From the NCBI GenBank assembly GCA_043228905.1, contig JBHGNT010000009.1, forward strand, positions 14,198,001-14,262,000: a stretch of DNA of 64,000 bases, given 5' to 3'. This document shows positions 24,824 to 39,190 of the stretch, piece after piece; within the stretch, counting starts at the first letter, position 1, and every line of letters starts with the position of its first letter. This stretch comes from Azolla caroliniana (taxonomy: Eukaryota > Plantae > Polypodiophyta). Made by a program: the position numbers and the translations under genes. Under the pieces are notes generated by a model. It made no database searches and was not told the origin of the DNA. It saw only the letters and a program-made list of their open reading frames with translations.

Positions 24824-25151
24824 TGTCATAAAGACAACATTTTGGTTATCAAGAATCGAACCCACGACTTCTTGGTCTATGTGTTGAACCCTTAACCATT
24901 GTACTAACATATATGTTGTGTGATTATAATAATTATGTTTCTAGTTATTACAAGATATTAGAATATTCTAGAACACTTAGATGTCCTTTTCTTATGTAGT
25001 AAAGTGCATCTCTTCAAGATCTTTGTCTTTTGTACTAAGATATTAAACTTACTTAGAATTAGTATATTCACTATTATTGTTTTATATTATTGACACTTGA
25101 TTTCGTACGTCTTATGTGATTTTCACACCATTGCCGAAAATCTTCACGACA
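24824..25151 (+). repeat. Putative solo LTR with tRNA-like head
   Basis: TGTCAT...ACGACA termini; antisense A/B boxes at 24852-24906; no matching TSD. Confidence 0.5.
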
Positions 25152-25959
25152 ACGTGTATTTTGAGAGCTACCTTCTGTAATACAATACTATCTTCTCTAA
25201 TTCCCTTGCCTGTGCAAATCGTCTACCTATTCGGTGTTGTACCCTGTTGGTAACTGTAGGCTAGTAAGCGTAGGGTAAGTGTGCATATGAGATCAGGCAC
25301 TGGTGAGCTTCGGTTGTAGCCATCTGCCTTCACACCTCGACAATATGCTTTGCTTTGTAAGCTTGTTACGATTCACGCACATACAGATCTATTCCTTGCA
25401 CCGCAATCACCTTGAAGTCTACCTCGAAGGACTGAGAATAGACTGTATTCCTAATCAGTAACACTTTTGGCACGCCTGCTGGGACTGTGGTTCAGCACAG
25501 ACGAGCAACAAGGTATGGATGACAAGCTGTAGACGAGCCAGAGAACCAACCCAACATGACGAGATCTATCACTCGCCAGACAGAAGAGCGCGCTAAGCGG
25601 AAACCCCGCCTTAGTGACCACGATTGCTCCTTCCAAGAATACACGGTAGACTCCACGCTCACAAAACAACACGACGTTGACCATGAAGCCCTGTCGTCAC
25701 ACGACCAAGGTAGTGCGATTAAATACCAAAATATTCCACATCGCAAAAGCAGGAGTCTTCCCTTGCCGATCGTCAACACAATGTCCGGATTGGCTTTCTC
25801 ATACCCCCCGCTTCAACGGAGAAGCAGAAGCCGCTAGCCACACCCGACTATTCCTCAATCTTTGGAATGCGAATCATATGGCGCAATGGTTTCCAGACGT
25901 GGAAGCTCACGCTTCGAAGATCGCCGAGTTCGGGTTAACTTTGGATGGTCAGGTTGTGT
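25152..25959 (+). mobile_element. 5' part of an old non-chromovirus gypsy (LTR end 25463, tRNA-Arg PBS, gag start)
   Basis: ...GTAACA then TGGCACGCCTGCTGGGAC at 25468; gag SKIAEFGLTLDG is similar to SKMAEFGMTLEG near 33900. Confidence 0.75.
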
Positions 25960-28900
25960 TGTCGCGTTGTTACGCGTGTGCGTGGAGAACGAGGCGGGAC
26001 CACCAGGGCCTTGGACCGAGAAATAGCTGAGAAGGAGGAGAACGGAAAGGCAACAGAACGCACTTGCACACGCACTGACACGGGAGCACACAGGAATCAC
26101 AGTCCAACAACACAACAAACGAGAGGACTCGAAGTACGAGTATATGATCACGTATGTATATAAATGTATGTATATTTCAAGACGGTTACAACTAACAGGC
26201 CGGCAAGGCGGACACCGACGTCTGCTCACACACCCACACAGAAGAGCGAGATGGAGTCTCTGTCGGAAGCACACGGGCGTTCCGCGGAGCAGAGTCAGCC
26301 TCCCAAAAGCTTGCGCAAAAATGGCTATGGAGAGTGGCAGAGAAGAAGGGCTCGGTCCCAGTCCGGCAGCACCTCGTCCTCTCTAACGCGAGATCCCTTT
26401 CTCATTCCTCTCCCTCTCTTTTATAGCCCAAGGAGGGAGGCCGTTATCACCCGTTACATCATATTACTTCTCTGTCCTTTCGGACAGAGATACAATTCGA
26501 TTCTCTCCCTATTGAATGCGTGCTACCTAGGATTTCACCTCAACCGACTTGTACCTACCTACTTACTATACAACGAAAAGTGCGCTTGCGTGCAAGGACC
26601 GGTTTACACATGCTAAACTCGGTTTCCACCTAGGGACGGTTTTCTTCACGACATCCGCCCCCACCTAACCGCGCATCCACTAGTATGCGCCAAAATTGGG
26701 CTCCTGCTGGAGAAAACCGGTCCATGCTTTACTCCTCGTCTTTCGGTTCGTCATCCGCCTCAGACCGCCCTTCATCGCCATCCAAGCTTCCCAGATCCGG
26801 CTCGTACTCGTGTCGTTTCTTAAACGCTTTGACCCTCTTCCCCGCTACCGGTATTGCCATCCTCGTACCGTCGAGCTCCGCAAGATGGTAGGTCCCGTTG
26901 TCGTTGGTGCTTGTCACCACGTAAGGCCTGAACCACCTCCGTGCAAACTTTTGCGTTGCCCTGTGCTAGTTGTCGAGGCTGCTGTCATACACTAGGACCC
27001 AGTCGTCTTCCTTGATCTTCTTTGGTCGCAACCGGTGCGTTTGGTCGAACCAGATCTTGTTACACTCCCTTGCCGCCCGCAGCTTTTCCTTCACCCGTTT
27101 CACGTCCTCCGGCCTACGCTCGAGTTGCCGAATCCGTGCTGCCAGCAACTCCTCCCGGCTCATCTCGTCCTTCCAATCTACCGCCGCCCATGAAGGAACC
27201 GTCCGTTCCATCGGCATGATCGGTTTCTGTCTGTACATTAGCTCTACCGGCATGAACCCTGTCACCGAACTGTGCGTACTTCGGTTCGCCCATAGTGCGT
27301 AAGGAAGGAGCCGCGGCCAATTCCCGACCTGCCCTCCGCATGCACGCACCAACACCTTTACGATCGGCCCATGCCCACGTTCTACCTTACCGTTCGCCTC
27401 CGGGTTGTACGCCGTAGTGAGGGAGAATTTGACCCCTAGTCGGTCGAACAACTCCTCAGCTTCCCACGTATCCAACTCTCCCCAGTTCGCCACGATCCTC
27501 CCAATGCACCCGTACAGACACACCACCTCTTCGATCAGGAACCGACATACCGCCGCGGTTGTCTTGTTATGCAGTGCACGGCCTTCCACCTGGTTCGTTA
27601 AGTCTTCCTGCGCAAGCACGAGGTACCGCATCTGTCCTGCTCCCATCGGCATCGTCACCAAGTCCACCATCCACTTGAAATGGACCGCAAGCGGGTAAGT
27701 CGGGTGTAGCTCGTCCCGATGTCGGACTACGGAGTGCATCTGACAGTTTTCGCAAGTCGTTACGAACTGATGCACGTCCTGGTACAACCCCGACCACCAG
27801 TACTTCTCCTTCACCTTCTCGAACGTGGCCCACGTTCCGCGGTGCCCGGCCCAGGGACTCTCGTGAAATGCCGCCAGTAGTTCCTCCTGTTCTTCTTTCT
27901 TCACCACTACCCGGAGCGGAACGCCGTTTCTCTTCTTCGGGTGCTTCCATATGTACCCGTCTTGAAGGAAGAATCGGTACGCTTTCTTCCGGATCCGGTT
28001 GGCCTCTTCCTTTGTCCACGCCGCGTCTGGTGTCATTGATTTCAGGAGCCCGCCGATCCGGAGCCACTCCCCATCGTACTTGCTCTCGTCTAATTCGTTA
28101 AACGCCGGAGCGCTCCCCTTTTTGGTTGCCACGGATGCCGCCTCGAAGAAATCTACGCCGACTTCCTCGTCCTTTGAAACCATGCCGTTCTCATTTCCGA
28201 ACCTCGCCCTTGAGAGCATGTCAGCCATGGCATTGTCTTTCCCGGAAATATGCCGTATCTCCGGATTCAGGGACTTGATGTACGCTATCCACTTGAGCAT
28301 TGCCAGGTCCGGCATCGTGCATCCGGAAACCATGCCGAGAATCGGTAGGCAGTCCGTCTCGATTATTACCTCTGTCCTGATCAGGTAGTCTTTATCGGCC
28401 TTCACCGCCGAAACGATACCCCAGAGTTCGCGTTTAACCTGGGCGTATCCTCGCTGTCGCTCACTGAGGACCTTCGCGCCGAACCGGATGGGGAACCTCA
28501 TGCCAACGTCATCCTCTTGGTTGATCACCCATCCGATCCCGGTCGGACTCGTGTCTACGGTCACGTAAATCGAAGTGTCTTTGCCGTAGACCGCCTTTCG
28601 GAGCGCCGGTGCCGTGGCAAGTGCTTCCTTCATCTTTCAGACTGACTCCGTATGCTCGTCTCCCCACTCAAATTTATGCCCTTTCTTCAGCAACCCATAT
28701 AGCGGCTCCGCGACGTGGGCATAATGCGGGATCCAGATATGGTAGAACGCGCATGCTCCCAAGAATCTCCGAACCTCCGTAACCGAATTGCAATCATGCT
28801 TCATCGCGGAGATGGCATCCACCTTGGCCGGAGACGGTTTCCGACCATATGGTTCGCATAGGTGCCCGACGACCATGATCTCTGATTGCCCGAAGGCCGA

Positions 28901-29857
28901 TTTTTCCCCGGAGAAGGTGAGCCTCGCGCCTTCTAGTCTCTGCAACACCTTCTCGCAGTCATCGATGTGAGTTGCCACGAAATTCCGACATCCGTCCGGT
29001 CCGATTGTCTCGTCCCTTTCCTCCACCGGGCATCCCCTGATCGGGATGTCGTCTAAGAATGGCATGGTGATGTCCGGGATACAATCCTTGAGCACTTTTT
29101 TCATCGCGTTCACCATGTGGGCCACCGAGTTTGTCCCTCCTTGTGGTAGGGTACACATTCGCACTAGGCCGAGAGGAGTCCGCATCGTTGTAATGTCTCT
29201 GCTCTCCACGGCTAGTTGGAACTGATCGTAGCCTGAGTACAGATCACCGACAGAGTAAATCGACCTTCCGGCGAAGGCCTCTGCGAACTCGTCTATGGTC
29301 GGTCCGATTCCTGCGTTACGGATGGTCACCTTGTTGACCAGTTGCAGGTCTTGAATGAAGCGCAACGTGCCGTTCTTCTTCGGCATTGTAAACCACCGAT
29401 TCGAATACGGGGCACTCGATGGTTCGAGGATGCCCAACCCCACCTTTTGCTTCAGAAGCTCCATCAACTTCGGGATGTGAGCTCTTGGCACCGGAATCGG
29501 TTTGAGATTCTACGGTACATGCGGCACCGTGAAGATCACCATTGGTTCGACGATCGTCGGGTACACGCACCCGATCTCCTCCGGCGAGAACGCAAAGGCC
29601 TTCCCATGCCTTCCGAGCATTCTCCGAAACCTGTTCTCCTCCGTCGGCAGTAGAAAGCCACCCCCACCGACCTTGAGCTCCCGTAGCGTTATGTCGGTGA
29701 ACCGGTGCCCTATGCCAGCCGGATTCCGTAAGCTTGGGTCCGACGCAACCCCTTTTCTCCGCTCCTTGCTGCCCTCTAGCAAGGGTGCCGCGACCGGCTT
29801 TACCTTCAGGTCCACAGTCTTGTACTTTGTACTCACGCGGGACTGCCACCTCCGCAA
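25960..29857 (-). mobile_element. 5'-truncated Ty3/gypsy element (RT-RH-INT, PPT, 3' LTR 25960-26653)
   Basis: DLYSGYDQF and FLDDI (RT), VDTSPTGIGW (RNase H), HESPWAGHRG...CENC (integrase); PPT GGTGGGGGCGGA next to a TG...CA LTR. Confidence 0.88.
26729..29857 (-). pseudogene. gypsy pol fragment (RT, RNase H, integrase), with in-frame stops
   Basis: ORFs 29510-29857, 28637-29491, 26966-28633 and 26729-26920 are collinear and in the same frame. Confidence 0.9.
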
Positions 29858-32696
29858 CTAAGGACGGATGAGAAGAAATGACTGGTTGTCCACAGACGTA
29901 ACTTTTGTCTGGTCGAAGGAGTACTTTACCACAAAGGCAGTGATGGGATCTAGCGCCGCGGGACACGCCAGGATGAAAAGGAAGTCGTTTTGCGCGAAGC
30001 TCACTGCGGTATGGCCGGGGGACATTACGCAGGCGATGTTACAACAAGTAGGTCTATGGTGGCCAACTACGCAAAAAGACACGTATCAATACTATAGACA
30101 GTGTGATCTATGTCAACGGTTAGGGCAACCTACGGAGCTCGCAAGGATGTTGCACCAATTGGTTCTTCCGCTGGATCCATTCTAGGAATGGGGTCTGGAT
30201 TTTTTCGGCTCGTAGCCACGGATTACTCCACTAAATGGGTAGAAGCAAAAGCATTAGGTGATAATACGCCACATCCACGGCAAAATATCTTTACGAATAC
30301 ATTTGGTGTCGTTTTGGTTGCCCAATCGAGCTGATCAGTGATCAAGGGAGCCACTTTTTGAATTCGTTCATCTACGAGCTAACTCACCATTATGCCGTAG
30401 TGCATAAGAAGAGCCCGCCATATTACTCACAGGCGAATGGGTTAGTGGAGTCCACGAACAAGACATTACAGACCATAATGAAAAAGATCGTGAATGAGAA
30501 TAGAACATACTAGGATACCAAGCTGTGCAACGCTTTGTGGGCATATCAGACGAGTTACAAAACTAGCATACAGTCCACACCTTTCTGGCTAGCGTTTGGG
30601 TTAGAAGCCATAATGCCCATCGAATTCTAGCTGGCCAGTTTAAGGATTCAAGTAGGAGACCGACTGTTAGAAGGCAAGTCTGAGCAAATATGGCTACAAC
30701 AACTTCTCAAATTAGGCGAGGTTCGGGTCCATAGTATAGCCATACTCGAGCAAGAGCAGTGACGGCGTAAAGCGTTCGTGGATCGAGATCGGGGCACACG
30801 GGAGAAATGCTTTGCAGTTGGGAAGGCCGTCTTGGTCTTTCAAACACGCATGGGTCAAATGTTAGGTAAGTTACGATTCCGCTGGACAGGGCCGTACTGG
30901 ATAATTTGAGCAGAAAATGGCACCTTCCAATTGGGTACCCTCGCTGGAGTTATACTTCGGCAAAAAGTGAATGGGTTCTGATAAAAAACTTATTTGGGAC
31001 CTACACCCCCGAACTCGTTTCACGCTGTAACTGACACGTCAGAGGGGTCCCGACATTAATAAGTAGTTGGGACCCACTTGTAATAAAATGTAATAGTAAT
31101 ATTGTACTTTACCGTTAAAAAAGAAAAGAAAAAAGAGAGAAGATAGTCACGACTATTAAAAGGTGTTTATGCATGCAAAAACTCCAACATCAAGCAAACA
31201 CGGCACCACGATGTCACACAAGCCAATGAACCCTAGAACACAAAAAGAGGGAAAAAGAAGGTTTTCTACACACTACAAAAAATAGACTAACTCTCCTCGC
31301 CCTCCTCGATCCCCACCATACCACAGAGTCCACGCTCACCGTGGTTTGAGAGCTTCACCTATTCTACAAGAGCCTCTTCCACCCACGATGCCGATCACCA
31401 TCTCTGTAGCATTACGCAAGTGGCCCCTACAAAAGAGTTTTGAGGGGTACATCAGGGTCGCCGAGGCACCAACACACCCTGATGCTCTCGACATCGCCAA
31501 AAAGCTCTACGTGGACACTGTGACAAACGCCACCATTTGGAAAAAATTGGACCTATCCGTGAATGGGGAGAAACACTTCGACATCCCCTCTACAGAAACT
31601 CTAGAAGAATATTTTGGGGAATATTCCGTATCAGCCAAGGCATATAGAATGAAAGACATCCCGAACCCATTGTTTCGGGAAATAGCCAAGTTCCTACTTG
31701 AGGTCGGTTGCGTGCACGTCAACGCGTATTGGATGCCAAAATAGAAGGCAAGCATCATCATTGATACATTTGACGGGCACGCAGTAGATTGGGGAGTGAT
31801 TATGGGACTAGCTCTAAGAGAGGGCATGCACGCATACTAGGCCGACAAAAAGCTAAGGCCGATTATACAACAGTACCTTACGATACTATTTCCGCCTCGT
31901 GTCTGCTCGCCCGACCGCCCAGTAAACCTACGCCTTCGTCATGATCCGTGAAACAATAGTTATCGGAATTGGCAACCACGGAATGGGAAGAGGAACCACA
32001 ACCTTCCCACCCTGTAGCGCAACCGATGCAACCGGAACAACCAGCAAGGACGATTGAAGCACCAACAACAACGAATGAGCAAGAAACGGAACAAAACCAT
32101 GAAAGCCCCTGGCCGAAATGACGAAGATTAGATCGGAAGGATGGCCGCGGACTGGTCAAAGACACAGTCGCACCAGTCGACGCTTCCGCCCCTACGAAGC
32201 ACACAACTACATTGGAGATAATCCGGGAACCATAGCCGATCATTACGGCTCAGTCGCAACATGGCAAAGGAGTGCTCACAACGGAAAGTGAAGTCCTCAA
32301 GTATCCAGACATCCCGGATACAACCCATGAGTTCGGCGCATTGTTACAGTTTGGGACGACTTACGAACTCATAGAATTTTTGGCAACACAACAAATCAAG
32401 GTATCCTAGAGAATGGTCGAGGATCACACAGAACAACAAATGATTGAGTGTGCGTTGACGAGAACGGTAGAAAGCGAAGATGAGGGACCCCTCACCAAGA
32501 TAGGCATGCAGCAGAACACAGGGATTCGTCGCATGGGCATTGAAATACCCCCATTGAATATGGCCCTCGTCGAAGTACATAGGGAGTTGGCCACAGTTAG
32601 TATTTTTGGAAAACAGTCAAGTTGACTCAAGCCCAACTACAGAAGGCCCAAGAGCGCATTGTGGAATTAGAATGCACCACAACTACGACGCAACAA
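29858..32696 (+). mobile_element. Degenerate gypsy integrase plus downstream extra ORF; probably continues at 42554-43178
   Basis: GLWWPT...[19 protein letters not shown]; the extra ORF from 31346 is homologous to 39191-39900. Confidence 0.8.
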
Positions 32697-33774
32697 TGTT
32701 CGCCAACCGGCAAGGAGTGGAGGACAGTCCAGAATATGAAAGGGTAGAAATAATCGGAAGCTGTTATTAGGATATTAAGTAATTAAGTAGATTTTAGAGA
32801 AGTGAACGGACGGACCGGAATCGGTATGCCGATCCGGATCCGGACCAATTCATATTAGTGTGCCGTTGGCACTGTTTTTAGGCAAAGCCAGTGATCTATA
32901 AAAAGGCCCAGTTACATTGTAAATGGGGACGGATAATTAATAGAGCTCTATTGTCTTATCTCTGTGTATTGATTACCATTCTGTGCTAATTACTTTCTAT
33001 CTTACGCGTGTATTAAGATTCAGGATATGTTGCTTAAGTAACCGATTAAGGTCTGATTAATCGTCGGTCTAACTCTGTTTCACCGTAATACCCTTTGGTG
33101 AAGTGTTTTCTGTAGACACCCTGTGTTAGGCTATTGTCTGGCCCTAAGGCGTAACACAGTTTTTGGCGACCACGATTCCTGCATAAGTGCAGCGAACAAC
33201 GGTGGGAATGGATGACTAGACCAACGAGCGGACCGATTACGGATTGAGCAAGGAGACTCGCTGAGCGGCTGTGGAAGCGAGAGGCCTTCTAGCAAGTGGC
33301 AGAAGAAATTCGTTCGGATCAATCATTTTCCAAAGTGATCCGGCGAGTGGCCGAGGAGTCACTCCGTTTGCTTCCACCCCGACGAAGGAAGCAGCTTGAG
33401 TAGTCTCCGGGAAACGGAATCCCTTCTACAGGCATTAATTGCAGGAGACGGTGATTCAGAACCATTTTCAGCCTTTGAATCGGACTCGGACGGCGAATAT
33501 AGTGCTCATTCTAATTACCGCAGTAGTCACGACACCCTAGACGGACCGGCGGACGAGGAATCGGATAGCTTACCGACACCTGAACCAGAATTGAGAGAGC
33601 TGGAAGCCACAGATTGGCCAAGGACTGATCAAACCCCAACACCCGAAGCCGAGGCAGAAAGACCCCCCACATAGGAAGAAAGACCTCTAACAGAGGAGGA
33701 GGAGAGACCTCCGACGGAGGAGGAAGAGAGACCTCTGACACCACCAGCCCACGTTCCAACACCAGACGACAACA

Positions 33775-36700
33775 TGCCGTTTCAATATCCCAAGTACCGA
33801 GATGATCCGGATGCAGAGGCCCACATCTATGCATTTCAGCAGACCTAGGAAGTGAATCATGTGTCACAACGCTTAACCGCGGCCGAAGCAGAATGCTCAA
33901 AGATGGCAGAGTTCGGCATGACCCTGGAGGGGCCCGCCGCTAGATGGCACATGACGCAAGATCCCAATACCATCACGACGTTTGCAGCCTTGAAAACTAA
34001 ATTCTTACACTTTTTTCACAAAGAGGTGGATCAACGGGAAATGGTTAGCCTATTTTATACCATCAGGCATGAGCCCACAGAGAACATTCACCAATTTGTA
34101 ATCCAATTCCAGAGCATGCACAACGAGCTCAGTCGGGCACCACCGGAAGAAGAGACTAAGGCGATATTTCTAGCAGCACTCCGAGAACCCCTACGAACGG
34201 TGTGCACAGTCATTGATTTCCGCACGAGTTCCGTCAACCAGGTCATAGACTGAGTCAGGGAAATGGGAAACTCCAGCTCGTGGCTGACGATGGGGGCACT
34301 CCAACGAACGTTACCAACTGATGAAGACCTCCACTTTCGACAAGCAATTCAATGTACGACTTGCCTGAATGCCGGACATTCGGCGCTGGAGTGCACCATG
34401 CGTTCTGAATGCCTGCTTTGCCATTCCAAAAACCACACAATGGATCAGTGCGAGTATAACTTGCTGAATCGGCAAGCACCACCGGTCCGGCAAATCGAAC
34501 CACGGAGCAACCAGGAGGAGGAAGAAGAGCAATGGCGGCGAGAGGAGTGTTACCGGCCGGCACAAGATGTTCAGTACAGTGATCGAAGAAATGCTTATGA
34601 CCGCGACCGGTATGATAGATATGATAGATATCGGGACTATAATGGGGAACGGAATGAGCGATACAACCGGGATCACTCCCCCGGTTACAACCCCCAAAGG
34701 GAGGACTATGGCAAGTACGATGACCAGCTCCGACAGGATTTCCGGAACAAAAAGCATTTCAACAAAAAACGACATTTCAATAAAAAAAGGGGTCACCAAC
34801 TGGAGCCGGAATAGGGTACATCAAGCAACCAACCGGACCAAGGCCAAGCACTTACCACAGGACCTCAACCGGGTGCCGGAGTGAAAGCAAAATCCAGCAA
34901 CACCCGGAAGGCATACTGCTACTATTGCTGACAAGAGGGACACTATAGTAACCAATGTCCAACGAAAAGCTACAATAAGAGACCAACGGTAAACATGGTG
35001 GTAGCGGAGGTCGCGGACATACAAGTGACCACGAGGGAAAAAGGAAAAGCAACGGAGTGGGAAACCCTAGAAGCCATCTGGAAGCAGGCCACCGAATGGG
35101 TAAAGAAGGCAAACGAGCAGAATGTGGCAGAACTGGAGCAACAAAAGGAGAATCTAGAGGAGCCCATTGGCAATCGCCAGGCGGAAAACCCAACATGGCA
35201 GGCGTTGCAAGAATGCCAAATCACATTGCCATTAGGTCGGCTATTGCAGTTAGTACCTCGATTTATGGAAGGTCTGAAGATGGGAATGACTGTGGTTGGC
35301 ACGCCACTGGCTCCGACATTCTTTTCTAATCTGGAGGAAGGACCGATGGTAGTGGACACGAGTAGTCTGGCTATCACAACCATCATCAAGGGACGAGAGC
35401 TACCCGGAACGATTATAGACGGAGGATCCGGCGTGAATGTGATTAGCCTCCGAATTTGTAATACCCTAGGAATCTAGGACTGGGAGTGGTGCCCATTTTG
35501 GCTCCGGATGGCGGACACAAGTTCAGTAAGACCTACCGGATTGATACGAGATTTGGAAGTGACTATCAGAGGTCACGCATTCCGCATTTCGGCAGTAGTC
35601 CTCCAGCTCAATGCACAAGGGGCATACCCGCTGTTGCTAGGCCGACCATGGTTAAAAACAATGCACATCAAGCAAAACTAGCGGAAAAACATAATCACTT
35701 TCCGTCGCAGCAAAACGAAATTACGAGTAACTACACAATCACGTTCGAGTACCGGCAAGGAGCTGACACCGATGTATGCTGAATGTGTCAACATGCTTGA
35801 AGGATAGGCTGATGAAGAGGTTGATCAGTACTTACAAGAGAATCCAAAAATTGTACCCTTATTTGAAGTTGATGTCGCCGATGAAGCACCATACATAATA
35901 CAACAAGAGGATGCCGATGAAGAACCAGATAAAGAAGCCATCAGAGAGTTACAACACGTGCAGGAAGCTTTGGAGAAGGAATTGGCAGTATCCCAATGCG
36001 TAAAAACCTCTCAGCTAGAAGAGGTAAACCTAGGCACCGCAGAAGACGCAAGACCGGTTCACATCACCAAAGAAATGACTCCTGAAAGGAAGACGGCAAC
36101 GATCACCTTATTAAAGGAGTTCCGGGATGTGTTTGCGTGGTCTTATGAGGACATGTGGGGGCTAGATCCTCAGTTGTATCAACACCAGATACATCTGAGT
36201 AAGGATGCCAGTCCGGTGGCGCAACGACGCTACCAGATGAACCCTAACTATGCAGCAAAAGTAAAGGACAAAATCGACAAATTTTCACGAGTAGGGTTCA
36301 TCTGACCGGTCAAAAAGACGACATGGCTAAGCCTGATAGTCGTCATACCGAAAATGAACGGAAAAATCCGAGTATGTGTCGACTACCGGAAATTGAATGC
36401 AGCAACGATAATCGACGCCTTCCCACTCCCTTTTACGGATGGAGTCCTGGATGCACTAGTCGGTCACGAAGTTTATAGTTTCCTTGATGGGTACAACGAC
36501 TACTATCAGATCTGGATGCACCCCAATGACCAGGAGAAAACCGCTTTTGTTACCGAATGGGGAGTATTTGTCGCCGTAGTCATGATGTTCAGACTTAAAA
36601 CGGTGCCGGCAACCTTTCAACAAATAATCATGGAGATTTTTTGGAGAATTTATTCCAACATTCATGCAGGTGTTCTTAGACGATTTCGCCGTGTACAACC

Positions 36701-38846
36701 AGGAAGGGGAACACCTCCAATACCTCCGACTATGTCTTGAGAAATGTAGTGTTTACGGGTTAAGCCTTAACCCGGCGAAATGCATGTTCGGTGTGTCAAG
36801 CGGTGCACTACTAGGCCACATCGTTAGCAAGGACGGCATTGCAGTAGACCCGGACAAGGTCAAAGAAATTTTGGAGGCACCGACACCCACCACGGCGAAA
36901 GCATTGAGTTGGTTCCTAGGACAAATGTGGTGGCATAGCTGGATGCTCTGGTATCTAGCAGACCTGGCCACACCATTGCATGTTGTGGTGCACCGGACAC
37001 CGTTTCAATGGACGGACATAGAAGAGAAGGCTTACCGAGCATTAAAAGTACTACTATCACAAGCACCGGTGGTGCAACCTCCGGATTGGTCTAATGAATT
37101 CCACGTATTCGTAGACGCGTTCGACATAGCAATAGGGAGTGCATTAATGCAGCTTACCGAACCCAAGTGGTACAGACCCATGTATTATGCCAGTCGTAAG
37201 CTGTCCCAAGCGTAACGGAATTACTCTACGACGGAAAGAGAAGCCTTGGGCATGATCTATAGCGTCACCAAGTTCCGACACTATTTGTTGGGGAGGAAAT
37301 TTTCCTTTCATGTAGATCATTCGGCACTACTTTACTTGGTCTCGAAAGCATCACTCACGGGTAAGTTGGCCCAATGGACGCTATTATTACAGGAATTTGA
37401 GTTAGAGATATTTCACCGGCCAGGCATACAACATGCAGTTGCAGATTATTTGAGTCGGCTAGACTCCGGAGAAGCCGATGACGGAGTCGCAGATGAATTT
37501 CCGAATGCAGACTTGTTTAGGGTCATAGCCGAAATGACAACAGATGGTACGATCACCGAGGAGGACAAGTGGTTCACTAACATGCACCAATTCCTGAGCA
37601 CTGGATTACCTCCAAAGGAGATGAACAAAGACGAGCGGAAAGATTAGCAGTACAAAGCTGACACTTCTGCCTACTACAAGACACACTGTACCATAAAGGC
37701 ACAGATGGCATATGGCGGCGCGCGGTGTGCAACGACGAAAAAGACCAAATACTGCGCAAAGCACATTGTGGCATTGCTAGAGGGCATTACGCTGGGGACG
37801 CTATGACAAGGAAAATATGGCAGAGTGGCCTATGGTGGCCAACAACATTAAAAGACGTCGTCTGGTATGCTAAAGAATGCGATTTGTGTCAGCGGATGGG
37901 CCAACCAACGGAACAGGCAAGAATGCCTCACCAGTTGGTGCTGCCATTGGAACCATTTCAGAAATGGGGGCTAGACTTCGTCGGCCCGTTTAAACCACTA
38001 GCAATGAGAACCGGCAACCGATACTTGATTGTCGCTACAGACTACTACACCAAGTGGGTGGAGGCCAAAGCACTACGTGACAACACCGCGACATCCACGG
38101 CAAAGTTTTTATATTAATATATCTGGTGCCGGTATGGATGTCCGATTGAGCTAATCAACGATCAAGGGGGGCATTTCCTAGGACAAGTGGTGGAAAGCTT
38201 GATGACATTCTATGCGGTGGTGCACAATCGAAGCACTCTGTATTATCCGCAAGCCAACGGATTAGCCGAATCCACAAATAAGACACTACAAAACATCCTC
38301 TAGAAAATCGTCAATGAGAACTGGACGGATTGGGATACAAAGCTACACTGTGCACTCTGGGCCTACTGGACAACATATAAGACAAGTATCGGGACAACGC
38401 CTTTCCAATTGGCATTTGGATTGGAAGCGGTAATGTCGATCAAATTCTAGGTTCCCAGTTTGCGGTTACAGGTTAGGGAAAGCTTGAACGAGAAGGAGTC
38501 GAAAACCATCCGGCTAGCAGCACTATGCAAACTGGAGGAACACCGGATAGCCAGCCTTATGCACATGGAACTGGAGCAACGGAGAAGGAAAGCGTTCATC
38601 GATCGACACCGGAAAGGTAACAAAAAAAGGTTCGGGATTGGCAAGCCAATACTTGTATTCCAAACCAAGATGGGTAAGATGCAGAGGAAGCTACGGTTTC
38701 GGTGGACCGGACCATATTGGATTACATGGGAGTTCAACGGTTCTTACCAGCTAGGGACACTCGCCGGCGAAGTTATGGGTAAATGGGTGAATGGGTTTCA
38801 ACTCAAACCATACTATGGACCCATGCCAAGGAACCCGTTTGAGTAG
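33775..38846 (+). pseudogene. gag-pol of gypsy element 32697-42553
   Basis: [63 protein letters not shown]; many stops. Confidence 0.9.
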
Positions 38847-39190
38847 ACAAAGGCTGACACCGCACCAGACACTAGTAAGCACGACGAGACGATAACTGGT
38901 CATGCAATCGGCAAGCACAATCCGGAGAAGGGTCCGTTTGGGCCGGATACATATTAACAAGATCGAATTTTAAAATAAAAAAAAATCAAATCAAATTAAA
39001 TCCAATCAAACCCAAACTATGCGATGGCGAGGAGCGAACGACCACATGCAATGAAAAGGAGGGGTGAACGGGCACTTGGAAAAGCCAAGTAGTGGGCTAT
39101 TTATAGTGCATTAAAACGCCACCACGTGGCACTTCATTGCCATTATAGTACACGACGTTCGCATACGCAAGAATCAAGAAAGGCGCAAAC

